A program made the position numbers and the translations under genes. The notes under the pieces were generated by a model, which saw only the letters and a program-made list of their open reading frames with translations, did no database searches and was not told where the DNA came from. A stretch of 64,000 bases of DNA from Chrysomallon squamiferum (Eukaryota > Animalia > Mollusca): positions 8,246,001-8,310,000 of the forward strand of contig CM022673.1 in NCBI GenBank assembly GCA_012295275.1, in the 5' to 3' direction. Shown here piece after piece: positions 1 to 20,899 of this stretch; position 1 is the stretch's first letter; each line of letters opens with the position of its first letter.

Positions 1-412
1 TACTTAATAAAAAAAAATTCAGGTTGTCTCCCATCATTATTCTTTTTTGTTCTGGTTGTCTCCCTTCATTTATTTATACTGTTTATCTGTAGTCAGTTGT
101 TCAGCGTGTTACCTTCTATTCGTCCGTAGATATCTTTATTTGGTCTTGTTCTTGTTTCTATGTATATATTTTTATATTTTTATATTTTTATTTTTGTTGT
201 TGTTGTTTGTTTGTTGTTGTTGTTGTTGTTGCCATTTTATTTTCTTTATTGTATTTAATGTCGATATTCACCGCTAATTTGAACGTAACATCCAAACTTT
301 ACTTAGCATAACAAACATTAAAAACAACTATTTAATGTAACATGCTCCTTTATAGTTTATATTATTCTTAATGATAAATATAACGTGCTAACCAAATAGC
401 TCTGCAATTCAG

Positions 413-5285
<4,873 letters not shown>

Positions 5286-6248
5286 ATGATTCGATGGAAA
5301 TGAACACAACGGGTTATGCTAAAATTAACAGAGCCAGTGGAAAAGCTGAGGAACACACAACTAGTTGATCACCACGTGTTTGATTTATTTGTACATTTAT
5401 AAGGTGGACAGCTATCATTATTTCATAGTCTCATTAAAAGTTGTATTACAACAGTAATAATAATCGGATTTTCATTTTCTAAAATTAATGTGAGAAAATA
5501 CCCATAACAGTTGAAGGGGAATAACTCTGATAAAATAAATACATTTTCTGCAGATGAAATTAAATAAATAATAATATAAGCAGTAATTCAATGTTCTTCG
5601 ACTGAAAAAGACGATGTTTGTCTATTCTGTTTTATTTTTAAACTTCATTTACATTTTACCTTTCATTAAATACTAATTCTTTCAAAATCAGAAACAGTTA
5701 AATTTAGAAAGAATTTATATTTGATTTTGTTTGAGACAACTGTTTGATATAAGAAACAGCATGAAAGATGGTTTTTCAAAATTATATTTTCTGTTTATTA
5801 TTATTATTATTTATTTATACTATCTATTCAGAAGTCAGAACTTATACAAAAGCAATATTAATAAAGGACTGATTGGTCACGTTTATTTTTTTCTTCATTT
5901 TTCATCGACAAAACAAACAAACAAACCAACGAAAAACAGCAAACAGTCATTTATCAGTACTGATAAAATCTGTCCCTGCTTTAATTAATTCTAAAATATG
6001 CACAGTCACTAATGGATTCGGTCTTGATACTACTTGTTTGTGCCTGTGCATCGGCAAATCCCGACAATAATAAATAATAAAAAATAAAAAAATGTTGTTC
6101 AGTAACCGAGGGTAATCATCGCTTCCCACGAGGCACGCTCGTTCTTTTTGTCTTTCGTCATTTTTGCGTGCATCTTTTTTTTTTGCGGGAAACCTGACAC
6201 TGGCAAGTATGTATTTTAGAATTTTGAATATTTTGAATATTTAGTATA

Positions 6249-6284
<36 letters not shown>

Positions 6285-6593
6285 TGTATACATGTAGTTC
6301 AGGATTTTGAATAGTCTCTGTCTTATGGACGTCTGAATAGAATCTGCACATAGACAATATGTATATGTATGTATGTACCTATGTATGTATGTATGTATAT
6401 ATATGTATCTATGAATGTTTATATGTATGTACATCATAATAATTATGTATGTATGGGTGTTTGTGTGTGTATATGTGTGTATGTGTGATAAATGATAGCT
6501 AAATATGTCAGTTTTATCAGTATATGTTTCTGTAACTAAATTTTAAAATAATTTGCCTTTAACAATGATGATAATGAAAACAACAACAGCAAC

Positions 6594-6626
<33 letters not shown>

Positions 6627-6739
6627 GATGATAATGATGATAATAATAATAATAAAGAACTCACCAACAAAAAAGCAACAGAAAACAGCAACAAATAAAA
6701 TTTGTATCATAAATATTATTTTCTCATTCTAACGTTACG

Positions 6740-7690
6740 AGGGATCACCTCATATCTACGAATTCAGAAATGTTGGGATGACTGTAGTCATCATCTTCAG
6801 TTTTGAATGCCATCCCTCAACGTGATTCGTAGTTCTGTCACCATTTGTTTCGAAACGGTTCCAGACCTTTCTGCCGGGAGATTCAACCCACTGTTCGGTG
6901 ACGTTGTCCGCAAACCTTAAAACTTGTGGATCCTCTAGATCGGACTCAGTCAGTGCGTTCATCCACAAACCATCCAACCAGGGGAGAGAGGAGGCACGTC
7001 TGACAAATCAATTCAACCTAGGATCATTTTAAACGCCGACTGAAGGACTGAAGACCAACTCGTTGACGGTTTCTCCAAATGGCTTGCCGAAAGTGGAATG
7101 GGTATACTTCGAGTTCACATTGGAATACTTCCTTCGAGTTCACATTGGAATACTTCCGCCGAGTTCACATTGGAATACTTCCTTCGAGTTCACATTGGAA
7201 TACTTGCTCAGCCGAGTTCACATTGGAATACTTGCTCAGGCGAGTTCACATTGGAATACTTGCTCAGCCGAGTTCTGGTCTGCCACCACGAAGTCAGTGA
7301 TGATGAATGATGGAACCAACGGAAAACTGATAACCGCTGCTTCCTGTTTAACAAGCATGTCAAAATAATAAAAAAAAATAATAAAAAAAAGTATAGCTAC
7401 CTGCCCAGTTCCTCTTGATATATGGACGGAACCGATCTGCTTTCTGTCCGAGTCATGAACTTTATATTTGCCTGGAATTCTTGAGCTGTGATGCTGCAGT
7501 CATCTGTCGGATTGTCGTGTACGTTTCTACAGCTTGTGATTATGTTTTCCCGTGTGATGATGGTAGCTGGATGATCTTTTTGGCAACCCCGCTAGTAAAA
7601 CTTTCCGTTATATCGGCGATTTTTTATTCAAAATTTATAGCCAAAGTACACCAAATAGTCACCATCCTGAGCATTTGACACAAATTAAAC
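6740..7690 (-). mobile_element. Degenerate FLYWCH-MULE (Mutator-like) transposase relic
   Basis: Minus-strand translation gives, in order, FVSNAQDGDYLVYFGYKF* and FY*RGCQKDHPATIIT...HDNP (FLYWCH-like), IITDFVVADQNSAEQVF, FHFRQAIWRNRQRVGLQ and RTTNHVEGWHSKL (MULE DDE-region motifs). Stops and frameshifts are present; no TIRs recognised. Confidence 0.8.
7110..7276. repeat. Minisatellite, about 6 copies of a 25/28-bp unit (CGAGTTCACATTGGAATACTT...)
   Basis: Units start at 7110, 7135, 7160, 7185, 7213, 7241 and 7269 (periods 25,25,25,28,28,28), inside the MULE coding relic. Confidence 0.95.
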
Positions 7691-9227
7691 ATTTACCTGA
7701 GCGTTTGATATTCTGTATGATTTGTTTTTTGACCGGCTGATTATACCGGCTGAACAATCATATGATATGTATATACAGATGTGTACATATATTACCATGT
7801 AAGTTGGAACAGGCTTGGGTTCTGAGTAAGTGTTCACTTTAATGACACTGACTATAGCGACTGAAGGGGTCAGCCGTGTCAGTTAATCCCTTACTAATCC
7901 GTACAGGCTGCGGGCACAGTGAGGTTAAATCCTCTTATGAATATCAGAATGTAATCTGAATATAAAAATTCTTAGTGTGTGTGTGTGTGTGTGTATTTTG
8001 TATGCAGAATTAAATTTAAACTTCGCTACAGACTGATTTCCGAAAATAAGCGCACGCACACACACACACATACATACACAAACACTTTACTATTATTGTT
8101 GTTGTCGTTGTTGCTGTTATTGTTGTTGTTGTTTTTATCATCATCATTGTTAATGGAAAGTTATTTTAAAATTTAGTCACAGAAACATTTATTGATAAAC
8201 CTTATATCTTAGATCAGCTATCAGCTATCATACATACACACGCACCCACATACATACACACACATACACACACGCAGACATACACAACACATAAATACAC
8301 ACACACACACACACACACATACAGACACAAACACACATTCCAAGCATATAGGTACATACTAGTTTGACAAACTACAGTGACATTTGCTATCATAAAAAGG
8401 GTTTAATTTTTGGGAGTACAGCTCTTAGGAATTATTTATTAATATATAAACGTATGTAATACCTGTCATATTATTCTGTTAACGTGTGGAGTGATATTCT
8501 CATTAACTGTATATCAAAGTCCCTTTAAACTGAGCAGTTGTTTGAAGTTACTATACATCTGAAAACATATGGAATGTTCTCACGAAAATTTTTCATATTA
8601 CTATATAAAAATCCGATACCGAAGATAATTTTCCGTTGAATTAGGAGCAGATATACAGAGGTAGCACTGTTATCTAAGGTATTTTATAAACAGTTTAAAT
8701 TTATTTTCAGATTCTTAACGATAAAAATAAAATTTCTGTTCTAACAGCTTAAGGCTCTCTATTTTTAAACGTTTAAAGTTTTTGCTTCCTTTCTCAAAGT
8801 TATTTAAATACTTTTCTAGTACTGAGTTTGTAGATCTTTTCTTATCTATGAGTGATATTCACAAATAATCTGAACATATTTCGTAAGTTTCGCTTTAAAA
8901 TGTTTTTTTTTAAAACTTTTTTGGTGTCATTTTAATAATATTTTCAATTTTTAATCATAACATTATGATGTTAAATAAATATAGTGTTATATCATATTAT
9001 ATTATTTAACTTTATAATTATATTTATGTCATATTATGTAATGTTTTGTTACGTGACGTAATAACAATTGTGTTATATTGTATCATACTGTTCTGTACTC
9101 TGCTGATGCAGAGTTATGTTAAACTGTATTACGTTATCTTACGATGTATTGTTTTTATATTATATTATCTATTGGTATATTTGTTCGCTCGTCAATCTAC
9201 TGGTTTAGTTATACAGAAGACTTCGCT

Positions 9228-12994
<3,767 letters not shown>

Positions 12995-13090
12995 CGTCAT
13001 AAATTAAGTTCATGCAAACACATACTACAAAATTAAAATATTTTTAACAGTTTTGAATTTTGTTAATTTGTGTTTATTATTATTATTATT

Positions 13091-13134
<44 letters not shown>

Positions 13135-13522
13135 GTTCGTGTTGTTGCTGGTGTTATCGTTGTTGATGTTGTTTCCTTGTTGGTGATGGTGACCCTGTTG
13201 CTACCTTTCTGTTGTAACATAAACATAATAATGAATTTTAAAAGAGGCCACATTTAAACGTAATAAATGTAGTTCATGCACGCACCATTAAAAACGTCAC
13301 GCACGAGACAGAAAATACGTCACAGACTTCTTTCACTTAATGATTAAAACGAAAGTTAGGATATGTACATCTTAATCGAATATAATGATATTTTATAATT
13401 TTATACAGTTTTTTCAATACATAACTTTCGTTAGTTAAGAAAAACAAAATGCACCCAAAAAAGCTTTAATTCGAGTTGTTGTCAGTTTATAATGATATTG
13501 CTACAGACCCCGTTGTCACTGA

Positions 13523-13530
13523 TGACGTAA
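13523..13530 (+). promoter_or_regulatory. TGACGTAA (CRE/ATF-type bZIP site) upstream of small membrane gene A
   Basis: Ends 35 nt before ATG 13565. The same octamer sits at a similar distance before the paralog's ATG. Confidence 0.45.
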
Positions 13531-13564
13531 TATTACTGTTCTTATAAAATTATTATTCTTCAAA

Positions 13565-15337
13565 ATGTCTGTTTTAAAGCAGGTGAGAAAGCTATTTATT
13601 TATTTACTTTTTCTATTTTTTATTAATTTGTATTATTATTATTATTATTATTATATCTTCAATGTTTAAACTTTAGGCAGTGAGGTAGATGGCATTTCCG
13701 TTTTCTTATGATTTTTGTACTAAATAGCACCATATAATCTTTAAACAAACCGAGAAGGTGAATGAAGAAAAGGGTATGATAGGGCTCGATTTAAACAAAA
13801 ATATTTTTATATTGATTAGTAATCTAGATTTATAGTCAGTCACCTAAATCAACTCCGGTTCTCTTAATTTGAGTATGATGGATTAATCTAGTCCTGTACA
13901 CAAACGCACACACACGCACACACGCAAACACATATACATACAGAGAGACACGTACAGCCAGATATAAAAAAAAACCCACACATATAACCATACACTGAAC
14001 TACAGCCAAACCTGTTTAAACTTTCTTTTTAAGATTTCTTTTTAATTTTTATATATATAATTTTATTTATTTATTTATTTTGTTGTTGTTGTTTTATTTT
14101 ATCTTTTATTTCTTTCTCTCATTAAAAAAAAAAATATATAATTACTTTCATTCCGTTAATAAAGAAAATACATGAAAAGTTCAGATTCCATAAATACTCA
14201 GACATTCAGACACGATGGGAAAAAAAAAAAAAATGAACACGAACAAAACACGAATACAGAAATAGTCACAACGCTGATGAAATTGTCTGCTGAGATGTTG
14301 TTTGATTTCAGCTGACACCTGAAATAACTGGTGACGTGGCCGACAACTACGTCGAGGTCATTATTGTGAGTGGCACAGCGTTTCTTCTCTTCATCGTCAT
14401 CATTGTCTGGATTTTTAAAAGGGTACGTTAACTGTCTCTCTGTGCATATTTCTACGTATGTATGTATATATGTTTGTACGTACGTATCTATATATGTGGA
14501 TATATATATATATGTTGTATGTATGTATATGCATTTACGTGTATGTATGTGGGTGGGTGTATGTTTATTTATATATATATATGTGTGTATTTAGGTATGT
14601 ATGTATGTATGAATGTATGTATGTATGTATGTATGTATGTATGTATGTATGTATGTATGTATGTATGTATGTATGTATGTATGTATGTATGCATGTATGT
14701 ATGTATGTATGCATGTATGCATGTATGTATTATGTATGTATGTATATATGAATGTATGTATGCATGTATGTATGAATGTATGTATGCATGTATGTCTGTG
14801 TAAGTAAACTAATTCCTTACTTGTTTTTCTTTCAGAATCAACGTCCATGGCAACTGGTGAGGAAGGAAGAAACTACAACAAACGAAGAAGACGCTGGTTG
14901 ATAGTTTAAAAGGTTGTTTTTGCATTTATTTTAATCTCGTTGAACGCACGCAAACGCAGACACAGATGTACATTTAAACACATAATAATAATTAAAAAAA
15001 TATATATCCAGCTTCATCGAGAACTTTTTATGTACCAAGTGGGACGAGTTTAAATACATTTTATATATTTAAAAAGAAAAACGTAAGTAATTAGCTTCTT
15101 TTTTTTTTTTTTTTTTTTGGCAACATTATTTATTTATCAACTTCTTTATTTACTTATTTCTTATTTCTTATTTATAATCATCGTTATTATTTATAATAAT
15201 TTTATTTACTTATTTACATACATATTTGTTTTTGTAAATATTAATAAAAAACATTTGCTCTTCTCGTTTCAGGCTTTATAAAATATCCAAACATGGCCTT
15301 TCAAAATTACGTTAACAAGAAGAAAGCAAAAATGTAA
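13565..15337 (+). CDS. Orphan small single-pass (type III-like) membrane protein A, about 84 aa, 4 exons
   Basis: Exons 13565-13582 (MSVLKQ|gtgaga), 14312-14422 (LTPEITGDVADNYVEVIIVSGTAFLLFIVIIVWIFKR|gtacgt), 14836-14896 (NQRPWQLVRKEETTTNEEDA|gttgat), 15273-15337 (GFIKYPNMAFQNYVNKKKAKM*), then AATAAA. Exons 1-2 parallel gene B. The C-terminus depends on donor choice in exon 3 (alternatives ...WQLAL* or ...EDAG*). Confidence 0.72.
14595..14795. repeat. (GTAT)n microsatellite, representative of many (CT)n, (CA)n, (TAT)n and poly-A/T tracts in the window
   Basis: Direct reading. These tracts generate most low-complexity ORFs in the supplied track. Confidence 0.95.
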
Positions 15338-16151
15338 AATTAAACAAATAAACAGAAAGAACATCAGTTGTCTTGTTTTCTTATTTGTATTGTAATAAAC
15401 AATTGCAGTATTAGCATAATATGAACTTCTGGTTATCAAAGACTGGTAAATTAAAAATTGTTAAAAAAGATAGAATGAGGGAAAACAATGCGAACAAACA
15501 AGTAAATAACAGTGACAACAAACAGTAAAACTACAACAACGATAACATTCAAGTAATGTTGACGATGATGATAACAACAACAACAACAACAACTTCAGCA
15601 TCATCAAGAACAACAACTGGAGATATATAAAATTCATTAAGGCAATGTATAAGTATAGTTAGGGGAACTGAAAATACAGAAAGTTAACATATCTAATAAT
15701 TTAACCGTTACAAAAAGAAGCTATTTTAAACAGTTTGAACAAAAGTAATTTTTGATGGTTTTTAAATTGTTTTAAATCCCTTTTCGGCAGAATTATTATT
15801 ATTTTTTTTTTTCATCAGATTATACCGGATGAAATAAAATAATTTATTTTTACCATATTTTAATGGGATGTGAAATGATTCGAGTTTTGCTTTATAGTAA
15901 TCAACAAATATATTGTAATAAAAAGGTGGTAAAATGTAGCGATTTATAGATTTTTATATTAACTTATTCCCTAACTTGCTAATTATAAAATTCAAATATA
16001 AAATAAAAAATGTTTTTTTTTTGTTTTGTTTTTTAATTTAGCGTAATATGTCATTTTTCATTATGCTATAATTATAAATTTCATTAAAAATAATAAATCA
16101 AGTCTCCATATTATTTCACCTGTTTCGGTAATTTTCGTAAATTAGTATTTT

Positions 16152-16184
16152 TTACGTCATTATCGGGAGAGTTTAATGACGTAA
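16152..16184. promoter_or_regulatory. Two inverted TGACGTAA bZIP sites (11-bp perfect inverted repeat) upstream of small membrane gene B
   Basis: TTACGTCATTA (16152-16162), an 11-nt spacer, then TAATGACGTAA (16174-16184), ending 30 nt before ATG 16214. Confidence 0.5.
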
Positions 16185-16213
16185 TCTAATTGTTTACATT
16201 TGTTATCGTCAAA

Positions 16214-18239
16214 ATGTCAATACTGAAGCAGGTAAAATTAGTAAATATTTTAATCTTTTTTCCTTCTTTTCTCTATTTTTGAGATAATGTTTTGAATACT
16301 TCCCCAAAACAACTAAAATAGCAGATAATGTATTCCAGGACAGGATAGTATTGTGATTTTTAAGTCGTCAGGGACTTTAACAGTGTATACTATAAGTTAT
16401 TATCGGTACCAAACTGGTGCATTTGATACTTTTACATAGTTTATTGTTTTGTTTTCAGACAGCTCCGGGATTTACAAGCAACCAGATTGATATTTTTATT
16501 ATTGGTGGTGTCGTGTTTCTCGTTTTCTTCATTATCATTATCTTTCTACTTTCCAAAGTACGTAGATTTATTTAATAAACTGCACATCAATTCTGTTATT
16601 CAGCTTTTCTGTTAGAAGCCTTTAACGTCAATTTAGACTGAATGAATCAGTAAATTTAGATTAACATTAGAACTTTGTATAAATATTTAAAATTTAAAAA
16701 ATAGGTTTACTATTTATTTTAATTTAAACATTTAAAATACTTCTGTTCTTCTTTTTTTTTTTTCTTATATTCTTTTTCTTTTATTATTATTATTATTATT
16801 ATTTTTTTTTTTTTTTTAGTTATCAAAAGAAAAAGTCGAACATATTGAACAAGATCGAATAAAGCATGATCATATCTGCTGGCAGTAAGTAACAGATAGG
16901 CGGACAGACACTGATATACTTAAACACATACTTGTCATTTTTTCTTCTTTTTATCACTTATTTATATATTATTATTATTAGTAATAGTAGTAGTAGTAAT
17001 AGTAGCAGTGTTTTATGTTTATATATATATAATATATATGTTGTTCGTTTTTGTGGGGGTTTTTGTGGTTGTTTTTTTCAAAATTTATAACTTATATTTG
17101 TTTTTATTTTAATGTCAGTTACTTCTAAAACACTAACAATTATAATAATAATGCAGTTTTTAATTTGGTTTGAATTTCAGCGGCTTTTTGAAAAAACTCC
17201 AAGATCATTATCGACAGAAACATGAAGAGGAAATACTGCGTGTCCGATTAAAGGTCAGTTGTTGTTGTTGTTAATGATGTTGTTGTAGTCGTCTTTGGTA
17301 AACTTTGCATTTGTTTCAAGAACACATATTCAAGCAGATGCAATAAATTAATGGTGTATCCTTTGATACACTTATCTTCACTTAATGACTTCTGAAAACA
17401 CACACACACACACACACCCACACACACACACATTAAATCGTTTTAAAGGGACCTGTATTGTAATTTTCAATGTTTTAGATTTGCTTTAAGACTATTTTAA
17501 ATAGAAGATATAATACACTAGTTATATTGGTAGAGCGAAACTATCTACGGCAAAGGTTTCAAGACTGGGATTCAGTTATGAGATATATGTGACGTAGTTT
17601 CAGGAGAGGAAAGCAAACATCACTGCAGCAAACAGATATGTGCATATTAGAATGTAAACATACACGAGAAGACAACGTTAACTGTCCTGTTGATGTGAAT
17701 TTTATTTGTTACTGTAGGATTGTTCGTCATATTCCGTTCTTCCAAAATCCGAACAAGCCACGGTGCAGCCGAAAACTGTCGAGTGCGATGATTATGACGT
17801 CACGACGCCATTATGTCGAGCCATTAGTGTCGAGTCGGTGAAAGAATTTCCTGATACTAAAAACAGATCCAGGGTAAGTCTACCAAAAATATTTTGTAAT
17901 TTAGTTATTTAATAACATTTTTACTGATATGATAAGATAACTAACGTTGTTCCATAACTTATCGGATGTTTGTATTTAGCTATATGTATTTCGTTTTATT
18001 TCAGTTTTCCTAAGATTCGGATCAAGCTGTTGCGCATGCATATCTTAAAACGTTGCCGATGCTGAGTAACTTGTTATACCTTACAAGTTTCCTTATTAGA
18101 GCTGCTTTCCATATCCACCATTTATACCGTCAACTACTTAAATATATATATTTATTGTTTGCAGAGTCTGGGAGCAGCATTAAAAATGTTTAAAAACGGA
18201 AAGTACAGTGAATACACCTTTCCTCCGAAAAATAATTGA
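16214..18239 (+). CDS. Orphan single-pass (type III-like) membrane protein B, 161 aa, 6 exons, paralog of gene A
   Basis: Exons 16214-16231 (MSILKQ), 16459-16557 (TAPGFTSNQIDIFIIGGVVFLVFFIIIIFLLSK), 16820-16884, 17181-17253, 17718-17873, 18165-18239 (TGA). All five introns are GT-AG with pyrimidine-rich acceptors and consistent phases (0,0,2,0,0), giving an unbroken ORF. Confidence 0.82.
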
Positions 18240-18463
18240 AATGAATGTGGCTGATCCGACAGTTTCTGTCAGCGATGTTCAAAAGAGATTGTTTAGACAT
18301 AATCAACGAAAAAACGACGCGTTTACTGTTAAAACGTGTTATGTGTATTTATTTATCTATTTAATAATTTTTTGTTGTTTTTTTAATTTTATAAACGTCC
18401 TGGATTTTTAAATTATTTTTGTTTTGTTTGTTTGGGGATCTCTGTTGGTTTTTATATGTGTTT

Positions 18464-18499
<36 letters not shown>

Positions 18500-20899
18500 T
18501 GTATTTATGTATTTTTATTTTTCTAGGCAGATATTTCAAAAAGGAAAAAAAAAAAAAAAGGTTTTCTGTGGGCATATTTTTTAAAATGCAATTAATTATC
18601 TTAAGAATTCAAATGGGTGCATATCTTATTATTTTAATCAGGAACATGCCACATAATTATAGATTATATAACGACCATTTTTTTTTTTTTTAAACAATTA
18701 CGATTACATACGAAAACTTTGCTTATTCATGATAGCTGCAGCTGATGAGTTAAAGAGAAAGAATAGAAGTACGAAATTAAACAGAATGAAGAATATTTTG
18801 TTTCATCAGTTTCAATGATCAGGGTAATCCCTCTTTGATAATTAAATATATTAGAATGTACTGCTACTGTTATTAATTAGAAGATGGAAAAACAAAATGA
18901 TTGCTCACATCAAATATAATACAAATACATGCGAATGTACATAATTATAAAACAAATAAGCATAAAAGACAGTTCAAACTGACAAACGTCTTGTAAATTT
19001 TATTTGGCATTCGTGTTAACTACGGAATATTACAAACTTTTGTATAGATGTTTCTAATACTAGTGGTTAACAAATAGAAAGAAAAAAAAATTATACATTA
19101 AAATAAAAAAATATAAATTGTAAATTTATTAAAGTGATGTGTGTTAAATCAGACATATCAGAATTGAAAGAAAAAAAGAAGAAATAATTAATTTTGGATA
19201 GTAACTCTTACTTGTAAAAATAATATCACAACCATCATGTTTATACTGCTCTGACGGAAGAAATGAGAATTGTATCTCATTTTATTATAATGGATAATGA
19301 CTTATATTGTAAATTTTGAAAAAATTATAACAATACCTTCTTGATAAATGAAGTAGTATGGTCAGGTACAATGTGTGTGTGTGTGTGTGTGTTTGTGTGT
19401 GCTGTAAGAACAATACACACCCACCAACGATAATAAATTCATGATTAAATTAAATTCACTCAGTAATATAATCACGAATCGTAACAGAAAAACTAATTAA
19501 AAATATCGTGCCAGTTGTTCTGAGACAGCATTCTACACGATATGACATGGGACACATGGTGAAATGATAGGAGGTGACAAAAATAAGGCAGAAGTGTCAG
19601 TGACATTCCTCCAGTACACTCTGTGACAATAACCCACTACAAACCATTGTCAAATACTATAATAATTTTATGAATCAAATGCTTTTTCTTTCTATGTTAA
19701 AATGTGTGTTAAAGTGTGTGTTTGTTTTTGTGTGTTTGATTGTGTGTGTGTGTGTAAAACAGCAACACTGACTGTTTCAACTTTATAGAATTATTAATAT
19801 TTAAAAATTTAACAAAATAAATAAATAAATAAATGCAAGACATTTTGATAAATAACAAAAACAAGAAACAAGAAAATAAAATTAATATAACAATTGTAAC
19901 AAATCGTAAATAAACAAAAATAAGATATATTTCCTAAAATTCCCACCAAATAAACTGAAATATCACAGTATTGCTCACACTAGCACAATATAAAATAACC
20001 CCTTTGTTTTCAGACAAAAAAAAAAAAAAAAAAAATTAATTATATTGCCTTAAAACAGGTACTTTCTATATACATGTTAATATAATGAGAGATCCCTGAA
20101 ATAAACTATTTATTAGACAAATGTGCTCATTATACTTAGCTTCACTGGAAAATGTACATTTGGAATGCCTAAGATACAAATAACAAACTGTTTACAAAAC
20201 AATGTAACAAAATAAATTAGAACTATTTCTATATACAGTTTTAGCACTATTTTCTAATAACAACAAAAAAAGTGTTTTAAACACTATCTACTGCATAAGT
20301 AATTGTAAATACTGGTTTCATTATTAATTTATATAACTAGAGGTATTATTACAGTAATCATTTGAATAATTTATGTGAAATACCTATATCCTTACTATAA
20401 TTATTTAAATAATTTATTCTATTTCACTATTATAAGTATAATATTTTAAATACACTATATTAATTAACAATTCAGCATTGTATAATTATTTGAAGAATAT
20501 ATTTCAAATTCTGTTATTTATATATAAATTTGTTTAACAGGCAGCTTAAAATAAACTGTGATTAAACAATATAATAATTACAAATTTAAATTAATTTATA
20601 ATAATTTTATTATTTTAAAGCTTTGAATAATTTAGGTGAAATGGTGGTTTCATTTTTACGACAATTTGAATAATTTACTTATAATATTAAATGCAATATA
20701 ATATAATATAAAATAAAATGTTGTTTTTTTTTGATAATTTATATGTAATACTGGTTTCAGTTAATGTTTAATACTACTAAACAATTCTGGAACAATTATT
20801 AATACTATACAATAATTAAACAGGTAATGCTTAACACTACACAGCAGAAAGTCTTGTCCATAATGTTGTCTCCTCAGAACTCCAATTTTTCTGAAATTA

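Noticed and set aside
7110-7276. CRISPR-like array of 25-28 bp repeats
   Set aside because: Units are head-to-tail with no unique spacers, there are no cas genes, the context is eukaryotic, and the unit derives from MULE coding sequence.
7063-7368. Overlapping + strand ORFs of 70-101 aa
   Set aside because: Products of the minisatellite; the meaningful coding relic is on the minus strand.
14458-14848. ORFs rich in MYVC/HTYI repeats
   Set aside because: Translations of the (GTAT)n microsatellite in an intron of gene A.
18208-18411. 67-aa ORF as an alternative last exon of gene B
   Set aside because: Out of frame with the phase-0 junction at 18165 and runs into low-complexity sequence; most likely 3' UTR.
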